Assembly (NCBI GenBank): GCA_963726745.1
Contig: CAVSDR010000002.1
Coordinates: 256,001-320,000, forward strand
Source of the DNA: an uncultured Verrucomicrobiae bacterium
GTDB taxonomy: Bacteria; Verrucomicrobiota; Verrucomicrobiia; Chthoniobacterales; UBA10450
DNA length: 64,000 bases
Reading direction: 5' to 3'
Each line of letters begins with the position of its first letter. The first letter of the stretch is position 1. The translations under genes were made by a program, and so were the position numbers. The notes under the pieces were generated by a model, which was given only the letters and a program-made list of their open reading frames with translations, had not been told where the DNA came from and ran no database searches. Positions 1-9,439 of this stretch are shown here, one piece after another.

Positions 1-231
1 AGCGAAGCCAGAGAGTGGAATGAGTTCGTCCGTCCGTCGATTGCAGGCTGCATCACCTACAAGTTTGGGCCACCGGAAGCACAACTCGTTGGTGAGACAG
101 GTTTTGTTCGGATGATCATGCAAAGGCGCGAGAACACTCCCGGATTTTTTTTATTAAAATTGGGCGAAGACGTCCCGCAGGAACTCGTTTTGATCGAGAC
201 GTATCCCCAAGGAGGGGATTACGCCCGATAA
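1..231 (+). CDS. Hypothetical protein, 3' end only (runs in from the window edge)
   Basis: Frame +1 is open from base 1 to TAA at 229-231 (SEAREWNEF...GGDYAR*); lower GC than flanks; no motif recognised. Confidence 0.4.
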   Translation, partial: SEAREWNEFVRPSIAGCITYKFGPPEAQLVGETGFVRMIMQRRENTPGFFLLKLGEDVPQELVLIETYPQGGDYAR

Positions 232-279
232 AATAGAGAGGACGGACAAGGAGTCAGTCCTAAAATCCTGGTAGCGTCC

Positions 280-537
280 AGGCGTGCGAGACGCTGCCGT
301 GGCAGGGTAGCCGAGGCAGCGCAGGAATTCATCGCAGTCCTGCTAGCGTAATCCCAATTCCGCGACATCGGCCAGCCCAAGGCGCCCGGTGATCTCGGAA
401 AGGAGTTCGGCATCGGCAGGCTGGAACGCTGCTTCCATCATCGTCTGCTCAGCCCAGTGGACAAGTTCCGCTTCGCGGAGTTCGCCGTCCAGGTAGTCTG
501 CGATTTTTCCGGCCGTGATGTGACGAGTGATCTTCAT
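280..537 (-). pseudogene. Small conserved hypothetical protein interrupted by an in-frame TAG (probably TGG>TAG); 3' end approximate
   Basis: MKITRHITAGKIADYL...GLADVAELGLR*QDCDEFLRCLGY; protein-like sequence continues in frame past the TAG at 343-345; overlaps the vapC stop (ATGA). Confidence 0.5.
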
Positions 538-899
538 CTGGGAATCAGAATGACAGATCGACAGTTGAGACCCGGAACTCTGGCGAGGGCCTGATCGTTA
601 GTCCAAAGCGCGGTCCCGAATTCCATTGAGGTCGCACAGACAACGGCGTCTGGCAGCTTCAAATGCTGCTCCTTCCGGAGCGTCACCGCTCGGGCGCGAA
701 TGGGGGGAGTCAGTTCGCAAACAATGAGCTGCTTCAAGAACTTGCGAATCCGCTCCTCTTCCTCACGCGTGAGTGAGGGCCACGCGAGCAATTCCATCTC
801 GGTGATGACTGAGATCCCGTAATCGCCCATTGGGAGAGGCGTAGCCAAACGGCCGCCGAGCAAGTAAAGGGCGACGTTGGTATCGAGCAGGCCAGTCAT
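534..899 (-). CDS. vapC: PIN-domain VapC-family toxin
   Basis: LLDTNV N-terminus, SVITEMEL, LKLPDAVVCAT, LWTND acidic PIN residues; 121 aa. Confidence 0.9.
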   Translation of the reverse strand: MTGLLDTNVALYLLGGRLATPLPMGDYGISVITEMELLAWPSLTREEEERIRKFLKQLIVCELTPPIRARAVTLRKEQHLKLPDAVVCATSMEFGTALWTNDQALARVPGLNCRSVILIPR

Positions 900-1100
900 T
901 TACCACTCGCCGCGGACGCGCTGCTGCCAGGTAAGGGGGTCTTCGGACAAGCGGATCGCTCCGGCGAATTCGCGCAGGTCACTCGGGTTATTTTCGACCG
1001 AGCCGCCGTTCACGCGCGACGCCAGAAATGCGATCAGTTGCTTTTTCTGATCGAGCGGCAGCGCATCGGCCGCGGCTTCAATCTCTTGGAGCGTGCTCAT
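900..1100 (-). CDS. Putative antitoxin of the VapC toxin
   Basis: 66 aa MSTLQEIEAAADAL...DPLTWQQRVRGEW, abutting the vapC start; C-terminal R..W typical of VapB-type partners. Confidence 0.75.
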   Translation of the reverse strand: MSTLQEIEAAADALPLDQKKQLIAFLASRVNGGSVENNPSDLREFAGAIRLSEDPLTWQQRVRGEW

Positions 1101-1161
1101 GGGCAAACGATAGCATTCGACGTCTGCGCCTACGAGGATAACGATGGCGAGGAAAAGGTTC

Positions 1162-1210
1162 GTGCCTGCGGGGGCCGCAGGCACCAGCACGCCGGAGGCA
1201 TGCGCTACCC
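1162..1210. repeat. REP-like palindromic element (two adjacent hairpins)
   Basis: Perfect 10-bp stem GTGCCTGCGG-GGG-CCGCAGGCAC (1162-1184), then on the minus strand GTAG-C-GCATGCC-TCC-GGCGTGC, the GTAG+palindrome layout of REP elements. Confidence 0.5.
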
Positions 1211-1237
1211 GCACCGGATCACAACGCGTGGTGCGCC

Positions 1238-2181
1238 CTACTTCATCCGGTCGAAGGTTTTCTGGAGCAACGCGAGATCGGTGGGCTGGCCCAGCTTCTC
1301 GCGGGTTTGGTCGACCCACTTTTTCTCTAGGGCGTTTTTCGTCGGCCGGTCGTTTTGATAAAAAACGCCAAACACTCCCGGGAACGGTAACTTCGCCAGC
1401 TTGTAGGCGGCAATTTCGTCGGTGACTCGTGGCGGGCTTCGTCCTCGGGGGTGTTGTCGTATTTTTTCTCGTCGATCACCGGGAAGGCGCCGCCTTTCCG
1501 CGGGTTGGCCGGATCGAAGGCGCCGGGGAAGAATTCGACACACTCGCTGAGGCACTCGATGACGCTGAAGCCCTGGTGATCCATCGCGCGCTCGATCATC
1601 GAGATCATGTGGTTGACCTGGCTGGCGTGGGTGCGCGCGACGAAGGTGGCGCCGGCGGTGATGAGTTTGGTCATCGGGTTGACCGGGTGGTCGATCGCGC
1701 CTTGCGGGTCGGTTTTGCTCTTGAAGCCGATGGGGCTGGTGGGCGAGGTCTGCTTTTTGGTCAGGCCATAGACGAAGTTGTCCATGATGACGTAGGTCAG
1801 GTTGATGTTCTTGCGCGCGCCGTGCTCGAGGTGGTTGCCGCCGATGCTGAAGCCGTCGCCGTCGCCGCCGAAGAGGAAGACCTGGAGGTCGGGGCGCGAG
1901 AGGCTGACGCCGCTGGCCAGGGGGACGGCGCGGCCGTGGATGAAGTGGGCGCCGTAGCTATTGACGAAATAGGGGAAGCGCGAGGAGCAGCCGATGCCGG
2001 CGAGGGTGACGATCTTCTCGTGGTCGAGCTGGCGTTTCTCGAGGACTTTGTAGTAGCAGGCGAGGACGGCGAAGTCGCCGCAGCCGGGGCACCACGTGGG
2101 GTGATCGGCGGTGATGGCTTTCTTGGTGAGCTTCTCGCGTGCGGGAAGCTCGGCGGGTGCGGTCAGGGTGTCGGTGCTCAT
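1238..2181 (-). CDS. korB: 2-oxoacid:ferredoxin oxidoreductase beta subunit (one frameshift near 1430)
   Basis: WCPGCGD, GIGCSSR, GGDGDG TPP motif, DNFVYGLTKKQTSPT; C-terminus continues in ORF 1238..1555. Confidence 0.9.
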
Positions 2182-2210
2182 GATGAAGGATTCGTTAGGG
2201 GGCGCGGCGC

Positions 2211-4263
2211 TTATTTTTCCAATTCGGTCTCACGGGTTTCGTTTGTCCCGGAGGAAGCGCGGATGGCTTCGGTGCCGGGCTTCGTCGGCGTGTTGTCCTG
2301 GGCGCGGTCGCGCGCGGGGGAGACGGTGGCTTCGGCGCGTTCAGTGGTGGAGGCGACGCTGGCGGTGGCGCCCTGGCCGTTGCCATTTCCATTGCCCGTG
2401 AGGCGCGGGGCCGCGGCCGGCGGCGTGAAGCCGTCGCCTAATCCGGTCGAGGATTTCGCGGACGCGATAGGTCAGGCCGTCGGTCTTGCTCAGGCTGGTG
2501 ATCTTCGGGTCGCAATAGCGGGCGCGCAGGATGGTGGCGAGCTGGCCGTAGCCGTAGACGCCCTGGTCGTTCATCTCCACGACGACGATGCGGCTGAACT
2601 TGCTGAATATTTTCTCGAGACCGTTCGGGAGCGGATGGATGTGGCGCAGATGGATCGCGGCGATTCGGTGGCCGTGCTTGCGTCCGAGTTTCACGGCATC
2701 GTGGATCGGGCCGTAGGTGGAGCCCCAGCCGATGAGAAGCATCTCGCCCTCGGCTGTCGCCGTAGATGTCCGGCACGCGGCAATTCCTCGGCGAGCTTTT
2801 GCAATTTCACGCGCCGCTTTGCGGTCATGGCCATGTGCAGCTTCGGGCTGCCGGTCGGGTGGCCCATGCTCGTCGTGCTCCAGGCCGGTGACGAGCGGAT
2901 ATTTGCCGTCGAGGATGCGCGTGCCGGGCGGCGACGTGCTGGGTAATGGCGTCGAGCGGGTAGGGCTTGAAGGTCGCGCGCGGGGTGAGGTCGAGCTTAG
3001 GGTCAACCATCGATCTTCTCGAGCTTCGGCTCGTCGAAGGCCTCGATGCGCGTGGCGAGCGAGGTGTCGCTTAAGATGAAAACGGGCGTGCTGTATTTGC
3101 GCGCGATGCGCGCGGCTTCGAGCGCGATGTAGAAGCAATCCTCCACCGTCTGCGCGGCAAGGACGACGCGCGGACTGTCGCCGTGCCCGCCGAAGATCGC
3201 CTGGTGCAGGTCGCTTTGCTCCACGTTCGTCGGCAGACCGGTGCTCGGGCCGCCGCGTTGCACATTGATAATGATCAGCGGCATCTCCGCCATCGAGGCC
3301 CAGCCGATCGCTTCGGTCTTGAGCGAGATGCCGGGGCCGGCGCTGCCGGTGACCGCGAGATGGCCGGCTAACGAGAAGCCGAGCGCAGTCGAGACGGCCG
3401 CGAGTTCATCTTCCGACTGGACGAAGAGGCCGCCGTATTTCGGAAGCTCGCGCCGGAGGATTTCCATGACCGACGACCACGGGGTGATCGGGTAGCCGGC
3501 ACCGTAACGCACGCCCGCGGCGAGGAGGCCGTAGGCGAGCGCCTGGTTGCCGTCCATCGTGATCTGGTCGCGCGCGCCCGGCTTTTTCTCGACCTGCTCG
3601 AACTGGTAGAGCCGCTCGAGGACATTGCCGACCGGGTAATTGTAGCCGGCCTGGAATCCCATGAGCGCGGTGTTGACGATGCTCTCGTCTTTGCCGGCGA
3701 ACTTCTCGCCGATGAGCTTCTTCAGCTTGTCGACATCGAGGTGGAAAATCTTCGCGATCAACCCGAGGACAAACATGTTCTTGCCCTTGTCCTTCGCGGT
3801 CCCGCCGAGCGCCTCGACCGTGAGGCCGGTGATCGGCACGCCGACGTAAACGAAGCGGCGATCGTCGAGATCGGGCTCGACGTTGTCGGAGTCGTAAAGG
3901 AGAACGCCGCCCTCCTTCAGGAAGCTGATGTGGTCCTGGTAGCTGTGCTGATAGAAGGCGACCAGGAAGTCGGCTTCGTCGCCCGCGGAGAGGACTTCGC
4001 CCGTGCCGATGCGCACCTGGAAAATCGACGGCCCGCCGGAAATAGTCGACGGGATGGTCATGTAAGTCATGACGTCCTGGTCGCTCCGGCCGGCGAGCCG
4101 GGCGAGGAAGGCGCCGGCGGTCTGGATGCCGTCCTGCGAGTTGCCGGCGAGACGAATGACGGCGTCGTCGATGTGTTCCGCGCCGAAGATCGGCGCGGTC
4201 GTTAGGCGCAGGGGCGCCGGTGGAAGTTGCGGCAGGCTTGGCGACGGGATCGGTAGGGTTCAC
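2211..4263 (-). CDS. korA: 2-oxoacid:ferredoxin oxidoreductase alpha subunit (gamma-alpha fused; several frameshifts)
   Basis: IRLAGNSQDGIQ, YPITP, QSEDELAA, QRGGPSTGLPT, GWGSTYG spread across successive frames; directly upstream of korB. Confidence 0.88.
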
Positions 4264-4348
4264 GGCGTTTGGGTGGCCCTGAAAACTGCGGCAACCAGCG
4301 GGGTTTGGCCAGCGCAAATCCGGCGCGCGCGGCGGCGCATCTCCTCGG

Positions 4349-4828
4349 TCAGGCCGCGGTGGTGGCCATGACCACGTTGCTGTAGCGCGCGTCGTCCGAG
4401 ACATCCTCGCCGAACCAATCCGGCGGGACGAAGGCCTGGCAGCTCGCGAGATCGGGGAACTCCACCTCGACCACGACCACGCCCTCGTGCCGGCCGGAAT
4501 AGACATCGACTTCAGCCACGCGCTCGCCCAGCGGCATGTCGTAGCGCGTCTTGGTGAGGCGGCGGCCTTCCGTGCCCGGCCAAAGCGCGGCAAACTGCTC
4601 CGGCGAAAGGGCGATCTCGCGCTCCTCGCGTCCATCGGTCCGGTCGCGCTTGTAGGTCAGCGAACAGGCGTCGCCTTTCCGGCGCAATCGCACCTGCACC
4701 CCGCCGCGCTCGATCGCGAGATAGCCTTGCTCAATCGCGGCGTGCGGATGGCTCGCGAGGCCATCCGGCAGGCGACGCAGGAGAAACTTGCGCTCGATCT
4801 CGCGGGCTGGGGTGGCAGAGGCGGACAT
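4349..4828 (-). CDS. CYTH-domain protein
   Basis: EIERKFL ExExK motif, IEQGYL, VRLR, KTRY, EVEF, YSN. Confidence 0.9.
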   Translation of the reverse strand: MSASATPAREIERKFLLRRLPDGLASHPHAAIEQGYLAIERGGVQVRLRRKGDACSLTYKRDRTDGREEREIALSPEQFAALWPGTEGRRLTKTRYDMPLGERVAEVDVYSGRHEGVVVVEVEFPDLASCQAFVPPDWFGEDVSDDARYSNVVMATTAA

Positions 4829-4930
4829 GAAGCTTTGCTTAACGAATCCGGCGGCGATTGCACTCGCAATCTTGCGCCGGGAAGCTCACGTCGCACGACC
4901 GACGGCGCCGCGCGGCGCGATGCGGTTTGC

Positions 4931-5296
4931 ATGAACCAGATCATGCTCATCTCCGCCTACGTGCACGGCGGGCAATGGGTCTTTGATGACGCCGACCGCG
5001 ACCTGGTGAAAGAGCCGTTTGTTTGCGGTGCCGACCTGGTCATTGACCGGCTCTGCCTGAAGGCCGGCCTCCCGGAGCCGGTGCGGCGCGAGGGAAACCA
5101 GGCGACACTGCTCTTCTCCGCAGGCCCGTTTCCTGGCGCTTCGCGCTTGCGACTGCTGCGCCCGGAAGCGGGCGGGAATTGGTATAAGTCCGAGGAGTTC
5201 GGGATCGAGGGCTGGCTCTGTCCGGCGATGTTCCGGTTCTTCGCCGAAACACCGCCGGAGATCTACGCCATCGCAAAGCCACCCGGCGAGGCGTGA
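4931..5296 (+). CDS. Conserved hypothetical protein (DUF6717-like)
   Basis: WVFDD..LVKEPFV.GAD..ID, FSAGPFPG, GGNWY, EGWLCPAMFRFF..P..IY pattern. Confidence 0.7.
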   Translation: MNQIMLISAYVHGGQWVFDDADRDLVKEPFVCGADLVIDRLCLKAGLPEPVRREGNQATLLFSAGPFPGASRLRLLRPEAGGNWYKSEEFGIEGWLCPAMFRFFAETPPEIYAIAKPPGEA

Positions 5297-5309
5297 AGAA
5301 TTTAGCCAG

Positions 5310-5834
5310 CTAGTTCAAGCGAAAACGCGGCTCGGGATTTTCCGCCGGCCGGGCCGGGTCCAGGTTCATCGCCTTCTCCGGCTTCATCCCGACGAAGAGG
5401 ACCGCGGCCAGCGCCGGGATCGCGGCATCGACCACCGTGTGGTGCGCGCCGAGCAGATGGCGCGAAGTTTCCGGCGGCAGTTCGCTGCCCGGCGCGAGAT
5501 GGTGGCTGGTGTGGAAGCGCAGCTCGCCGTCGTCGCAGTCGAAGTCGAACGAGCCGATGGGCAGGGCAAAGTTCAACCGCGCGACCAGCTCGGCGCAGGC
5601 GCGGCGCCGGCTCTTCGGGGCGGTCAAGGGGAGCAACGAGAGGCAGGAGAAGCGGCCGTCGTCGTCCTCCATCGCCACGCACCGCCAGCGGCCGTGGCGG
5701 CCCTGGATGTAGAAGTCGATCACGCCCGCGTCGGTGTCCGTCGACCACCGGCATTGTTCCTCAGCAAGGACCTGCTGGAACGATTCCAAGGATTTTTTAA
5801 TCACGCGCCGAGGATAGCGGAAGGGGGCAGACAT
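5310..5834 (-). CDS. YbjN-domain protein
   Basis: AELVARLNFALPIGSFDFDCDDGELRF pattern of the YbjN family. Confidence 0.7.
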   Translation of the reverse strand: MSAPFRYPRRVIKKSLESFQQVLAEEQCRWSTDTDAGVIDFYIQGRHGRWRCVAMEDDDGRFSCLSLLPLTAPKSRRRACAELVARLNFALPIGSFDFDCDDGELRFHTSHHLAPGSELPPETSRHLLGAHHTVVDAAIPALAAVLFVGMKPEKAMNLDPARPAENPEPRFRLN

Positions 5835-5916
5835 CTGCTGACCCAGGGCGGAATTTTCTCTTTTTGAGAATTAGTCGGCAAGATCACCGGCTGCGGCGTG
5901 CCGGCGCATCCAAGAG

Positions 5917-5991
5917 TGGCTCCTGAGGTAGGACTCGAACCTACGACCAATCGGTTAACAGCCGATCGCTCTACCACTGAGCTACTCAGGA
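5917..5991 (-). tRNA. tRNA-Asn(GTT)
   Basis: TCCTGAGTAGCTCAGTGGTAGAGCGATCGGCT-GTT-AACCGATTGGTCGTAGGTTCGAGTCCTACCTCAGGAGCCA; full cloverleaf with encoded CCA. Confidence 0.97.
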
Positions 5992-6077
5992 TCGTTTCCG
6001 TCGATTGACGGGCGTATATCTTGACCACATGTCGGGCGGCGGCAAGTGCGTTTCTTTCGCTTGGTGCGCGGCGCGCT

Positions 6078-7335
6078 TTAGCGCATCTGGCCGGTGCCGC
6101 GGAGGAGGTATTTGTAGGTGGTTAATTCCTCCAAACCCATCGGGCCGCGGACGCCGATCTTGCCGGTGCTGATCCCCATCTCGGCGCCAAATCCGAACTC
6201 GCTCCCGTCGGTGAAACGCGTCGAGGCATTCCAGTAAACCGCGGCGGAATCGACCGCGCGCAGGAAGCTTTCGGCGGCGGCTTCATCGGCGGTAACGATG
6301 GCGTCGCTGTGGTGCGAGCCGTGCGTTTCGATGTGCTCGATCGCGGCCGCGAGGTCGTCCACCACGCGGACGGCGAGCTTCAACTCGAGGAACTCCGTGT
6401 CCCAATCGGCCGCGGTTGGCCCGGCGGAGCCGGGAATAGCCGGCAACTTCGAGCAGCCCGAAGGCGGTCTCGTCGCAGCGCAGTTCAAGCCCGGCCTGGG
6501 CGGCGCCGGGAGCGAAGCGCCGGAGGAAACTGCCGGCAATTTCACGATGCAGCAGGAGCGTCTCGGCAGCGTTGCAAACGCCCGGCCGCTGCGTCTTGGC
6601 GTTGAGCACGATCGCCTCGGCCATGGCCAGGTCGGCCGCGCGATCCACGAAGATCGCGCACAGGCCATGCGAGTGTTTGATCACCGGCATGCGCGCATGT
6701 TGCACCACGGTGTTGATCAAGGCCTCGCCGCCGCGCGGGACGATCACGTCAAGGTAGCGCTCCATCTCCGCGAGCAAACGGACCGCGGCCCGGTCCGTCC
6801 CCGCGACCAGCTGGATGCTGTCGTTAGGCGCGGCGGCCTGGAGCGCGGCGACAATCGCGGCGTTGGAAGCAGCGGCTTCGCTGCCGCCGCGGAGGATGAC
6901 CGCGTTACCCGTCTTGAGACAGAGCGCGGCCGCATCGCTGGTCACGTTCGGGCGCGACTCGTAGATCATGCCGACGACGCCGAGGGGGACGCGTTGTTTG
7001 CAAATGCGGAGGCCGTTTGGCCGGGTCCATTCGCGGATGATTTCGCCCACGGGATCGGGCAACGCCGCCGCGGTGCGGATGGCCTGCGCCATGGCCGCGA
7101 GGCGCGCGTCGTCGAGGCGGAGGCGGTCGATCAAAGCGCTGGCTAAATTCTGCGCCTCGGCGCGGGCGACATCCTCGGAATTAGCCGACAAGATGGCGGC
7201 GCGCTGCGCTTCCAAGGCATCGGCCATGGCCCGGAGCGCTTCGTTTTTTTCCGCAGTCGTTAGGCCGGCCAACGCCCGTGCGGCAGTGCGCGCCCGGCGT
7301 CCGAGATCGAGAATGTGCTCCGCGAGGTCCATCAA
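6078..7335 (-). CDS. proA: Glutamate-5-semialdehyde dehydrogenase (frameshift near 6420)
   Basis: [56 protein letters not shown]...RGPMGL. Confidence 0.93.
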
Positions 7336-8099
7336 CGGGGCAGGGGAAAGCGGGTGCCGACCGCCTGGCCGGCGACGGCCTGGGCGATCCGCTCGGGGTG
7401 CCGGCCATGGATGATCGTCGTGGGAATGCCGGCCGCGACCGCGAGCTGCACGGCCTGAAGTTTCGAGACCATGCCGCCGACGGAATGAGCGCCCTTGGCC
7501 GCGGAAGCAAAGCTCTTCACACGCTCGATGTCGCGCACCAGCGGGACCAAGCGGCCGGCGTCATCCATTAATCCATCGACCTGCGTGAGGATGAGCAGGA
7601 GGTCGGCGCGCGCGAGCATCGCGACCTCGGCGGAGAGCCGGTCGTTGTCGCCAAACTTCAATTCCTCGACCGCAATGGAGTCGTTCTCGTTGATGATCGG
7701 GATGATGTTGCCGGCTGCGAGCAGGCGTTCGAGCGTGCCTTTCGCGTTTGCGTGACGCATGCGGCTGTCGAGATCGCCGTGCGTCAGGAGCAGCTGCGCG
7801 ACATTGAGCCGATGCCGCGCGAAAGCGGTTTCGTAGGCGCGCATGAGCTTCGATTGTCCGACGGCGGCGGTGGCCTGGAGGGTGGCGAGTTCGCCGGGGC
7901 GCTCGGCGAGGTTCATCGCGCTCATCCCCGCGGCGACCGCGCCGCTGCTCACGAGCACGCATTGATGGCCCGCCCTAACGAGGGCTGCGACCGCGCCGCT
8001 CAGTTGCGCGAATTGCTTCAGGTCCAGGCCGCGGCCGGCGGGGCGCGTGAGAATGCCGGAGCCAAACTTCAGGACGATGCGTTTGCGGGTGCGCGCCAT
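7332..8099 (-). CDS. proB: Glutamate 5-kinase (short form without PUA domain)
   Basis: VLKFGSG, VSSGAVAAG, IINEND, FGDNDRLSA, GGMVSKL; overlaps proA start. Confidence 0.93.
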   Translation of the reverse strand: MARTRKRIVLKFGSGILTRPAGRGLDLKQFAQLSGAVAALVRAGHQCVLVSSGAVAAGMSAMNLAERPGELATLQATAAVGQSKLMRAYETAFARHRLNVAQLLLTHGDLDSRMRHANAKGTLERLLAAGNIIPIINENDSIAVEELKFGDNDRLSAEVAMLARADLLLILTQVDGLMDDAGRLVPLVRDIERVKSFASAAKGAHSVGGMVSKLQAVQLAVAAGIPTTIIHGRHPERIAQAVAGQAVGTRFPLPR

Positions 8100-8232
8100 G
8101 GGCGGCCTAGAAGACTGGAGAATGCCTGCGCGCACAAGCCTGCAACGGAAACTCGCCTTGTCCCCAAACCGCTTCACGAAAACGGCCAAACAACGCGGTC
8201 GTGCAAATCGCTGCTTAACGATAGGGTGCCGC

Positions 8233-9435
8233 GTGAACCGTCTCGAAACCCGCACGATCGCGCCGCAGAATGAAGCGCTCCGGCGTTTGCCGCCGTATGT
8301 CTTTGCTGAGCTCGACCGCCTGAAAGCGGCCGCGCGTGCGCGCGGGAAAACGCTGGTCGATCTCGGCATCGGCAGCCCGGATCTGCCGATCGCGCCGGCC
8401 GTGGTCGAGGCGCTCGCGGCCGCCGGACGCGATCCGCTGACGCATGGTTACCCAGCCTTCCGCGGCGCGCCGGCTTACTTCGAGGCGATCGCCGAGTTCA
8501 TGCAGGGGCGTTTCGGCGTGACGATTGACTCGACCGAGCAGGCGATGGCCCTGAGCGGGGCGAAGGAAGGGCTGGCGCAACTCACCCTGGCCATCTGCGC
8601 CCCCGGCGACCTGGTGCTCATCCCGGAAATCTACTATCCGGTTTACGCGCGCGCGGCCTGGCTCGCAGGTGCGGAAGTGCGCTGGGTGCCGATGCGGGCG
8701 GAGGATGGTTTTGTCGTCGACCTGGAGGCGATCGCGCCGGAAGACGCGCTTCGGGCGCGCTCGTTAGTCGTCAATTACCCGAACAATCCCACCGGCGCTC
8801 GCGTGGAGCGCGCTTTCTTCGAGCAAGCGGTCGAGTTTGCGCGGCAGCATCAGGTTTTGCTCGTGAGCGACCTGGCTTACAGCGAGCTGACTTTCGGCGG
8901 CACGCCCGCGCCGAGCGCGCTCGAATGCGATCCGGAGCACGAGGTCACGATCGAGTTTCATTCCTGCTCGAAGACGTTCGGGATGGCCGGGCTGCGGGTG
9001 GGCTTCGCCGTGGGCAACCGCGCCGCGATCGAGGCCCTGGCGGCTTACCGCACCAACGTCGGCTACGGCACGCCCACCGGCGCGCAACACGCCGCGGCTT
9101 ATGCCTTGAATCACCGCGAGACGCTCGTCCCGCCGACGGTCGCCGAATACCGCCAGCGCCGGGACAAAATGTCGGCTGTTTTTGCCGCGGCCGGCTGGCC
9201 GATCACGGTGCCCGACGCGGCGATGTATCTCTGGCTTCAGGTTCCGGAAGGGGTGGACGATTGGACCTGGGTGAAAACGCTGATCGATCTCGACGGCGTG
9301 GTCGTTACGCCTGGGGTCGCCTTTGGCCATGGCGGCCAGGGGTTCTTCCGCATCTCGCTCGTGCGCGATGCCGCCACGCTCGAACGCGCCGCTGCGCTGA
9401 TCACCGCCCGCGCCCGCAGCCTAACGAAAGCCTGA
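8233..9435 (+). CDS. PLP-dependent class I/II aminotransferase (LL-DAP aminotransferase/AlaC-like); start approximate
   Basis: [42 protein letters not shown]. Confidence 0.88.
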   Translation: MNRLETRTIAPQNEALRRLPPYVFAELDRLKAAARARGKTLVDLGIGSPDLPIAPAVVEALAAAGRDPLTHGYPAFRGAPAYFEAIAEFMQGRFGVTIDSTEQAMALSGAKEGLAQLTLAICAPGDLVLIPEIYYPVYARAAWLAGAEVRWVPMRAEDGFVVDLEAIAPEDALRARSLVVNYPNNPTGARVERAFFEQAVEFARQHQVLLVSDLAYSELTFGGTPAPSALECDPEHEVTIEFHSCSKTFGMAGLRVGFAVGNRAAIEALAAYRTNVGYGTPTGAQHAAAYALNHRETLVPPTVAEYRQRRDKMSAVFAAAGWPITVPDAAMYLWLQVPEGVDDWTWVKTLIDLDGVVVTPGVAFGHGGQGFFRISLVRDAATLERAAALITARARSLTKA

Positions 9436-9439
9436 AATC

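Noticed and set aside
343..345. In-frame TAG as pyrrolysine or stop-codon reassignment
   Set aside because: TAG terminates many genes in the window at natural ends, and no pyl genes are present
4931..5991. Integrated element at the tRNA-Asn 3' end
   Set aside because: No integrase, no duplicated tRNA 3' end and no clear compositional shift seen
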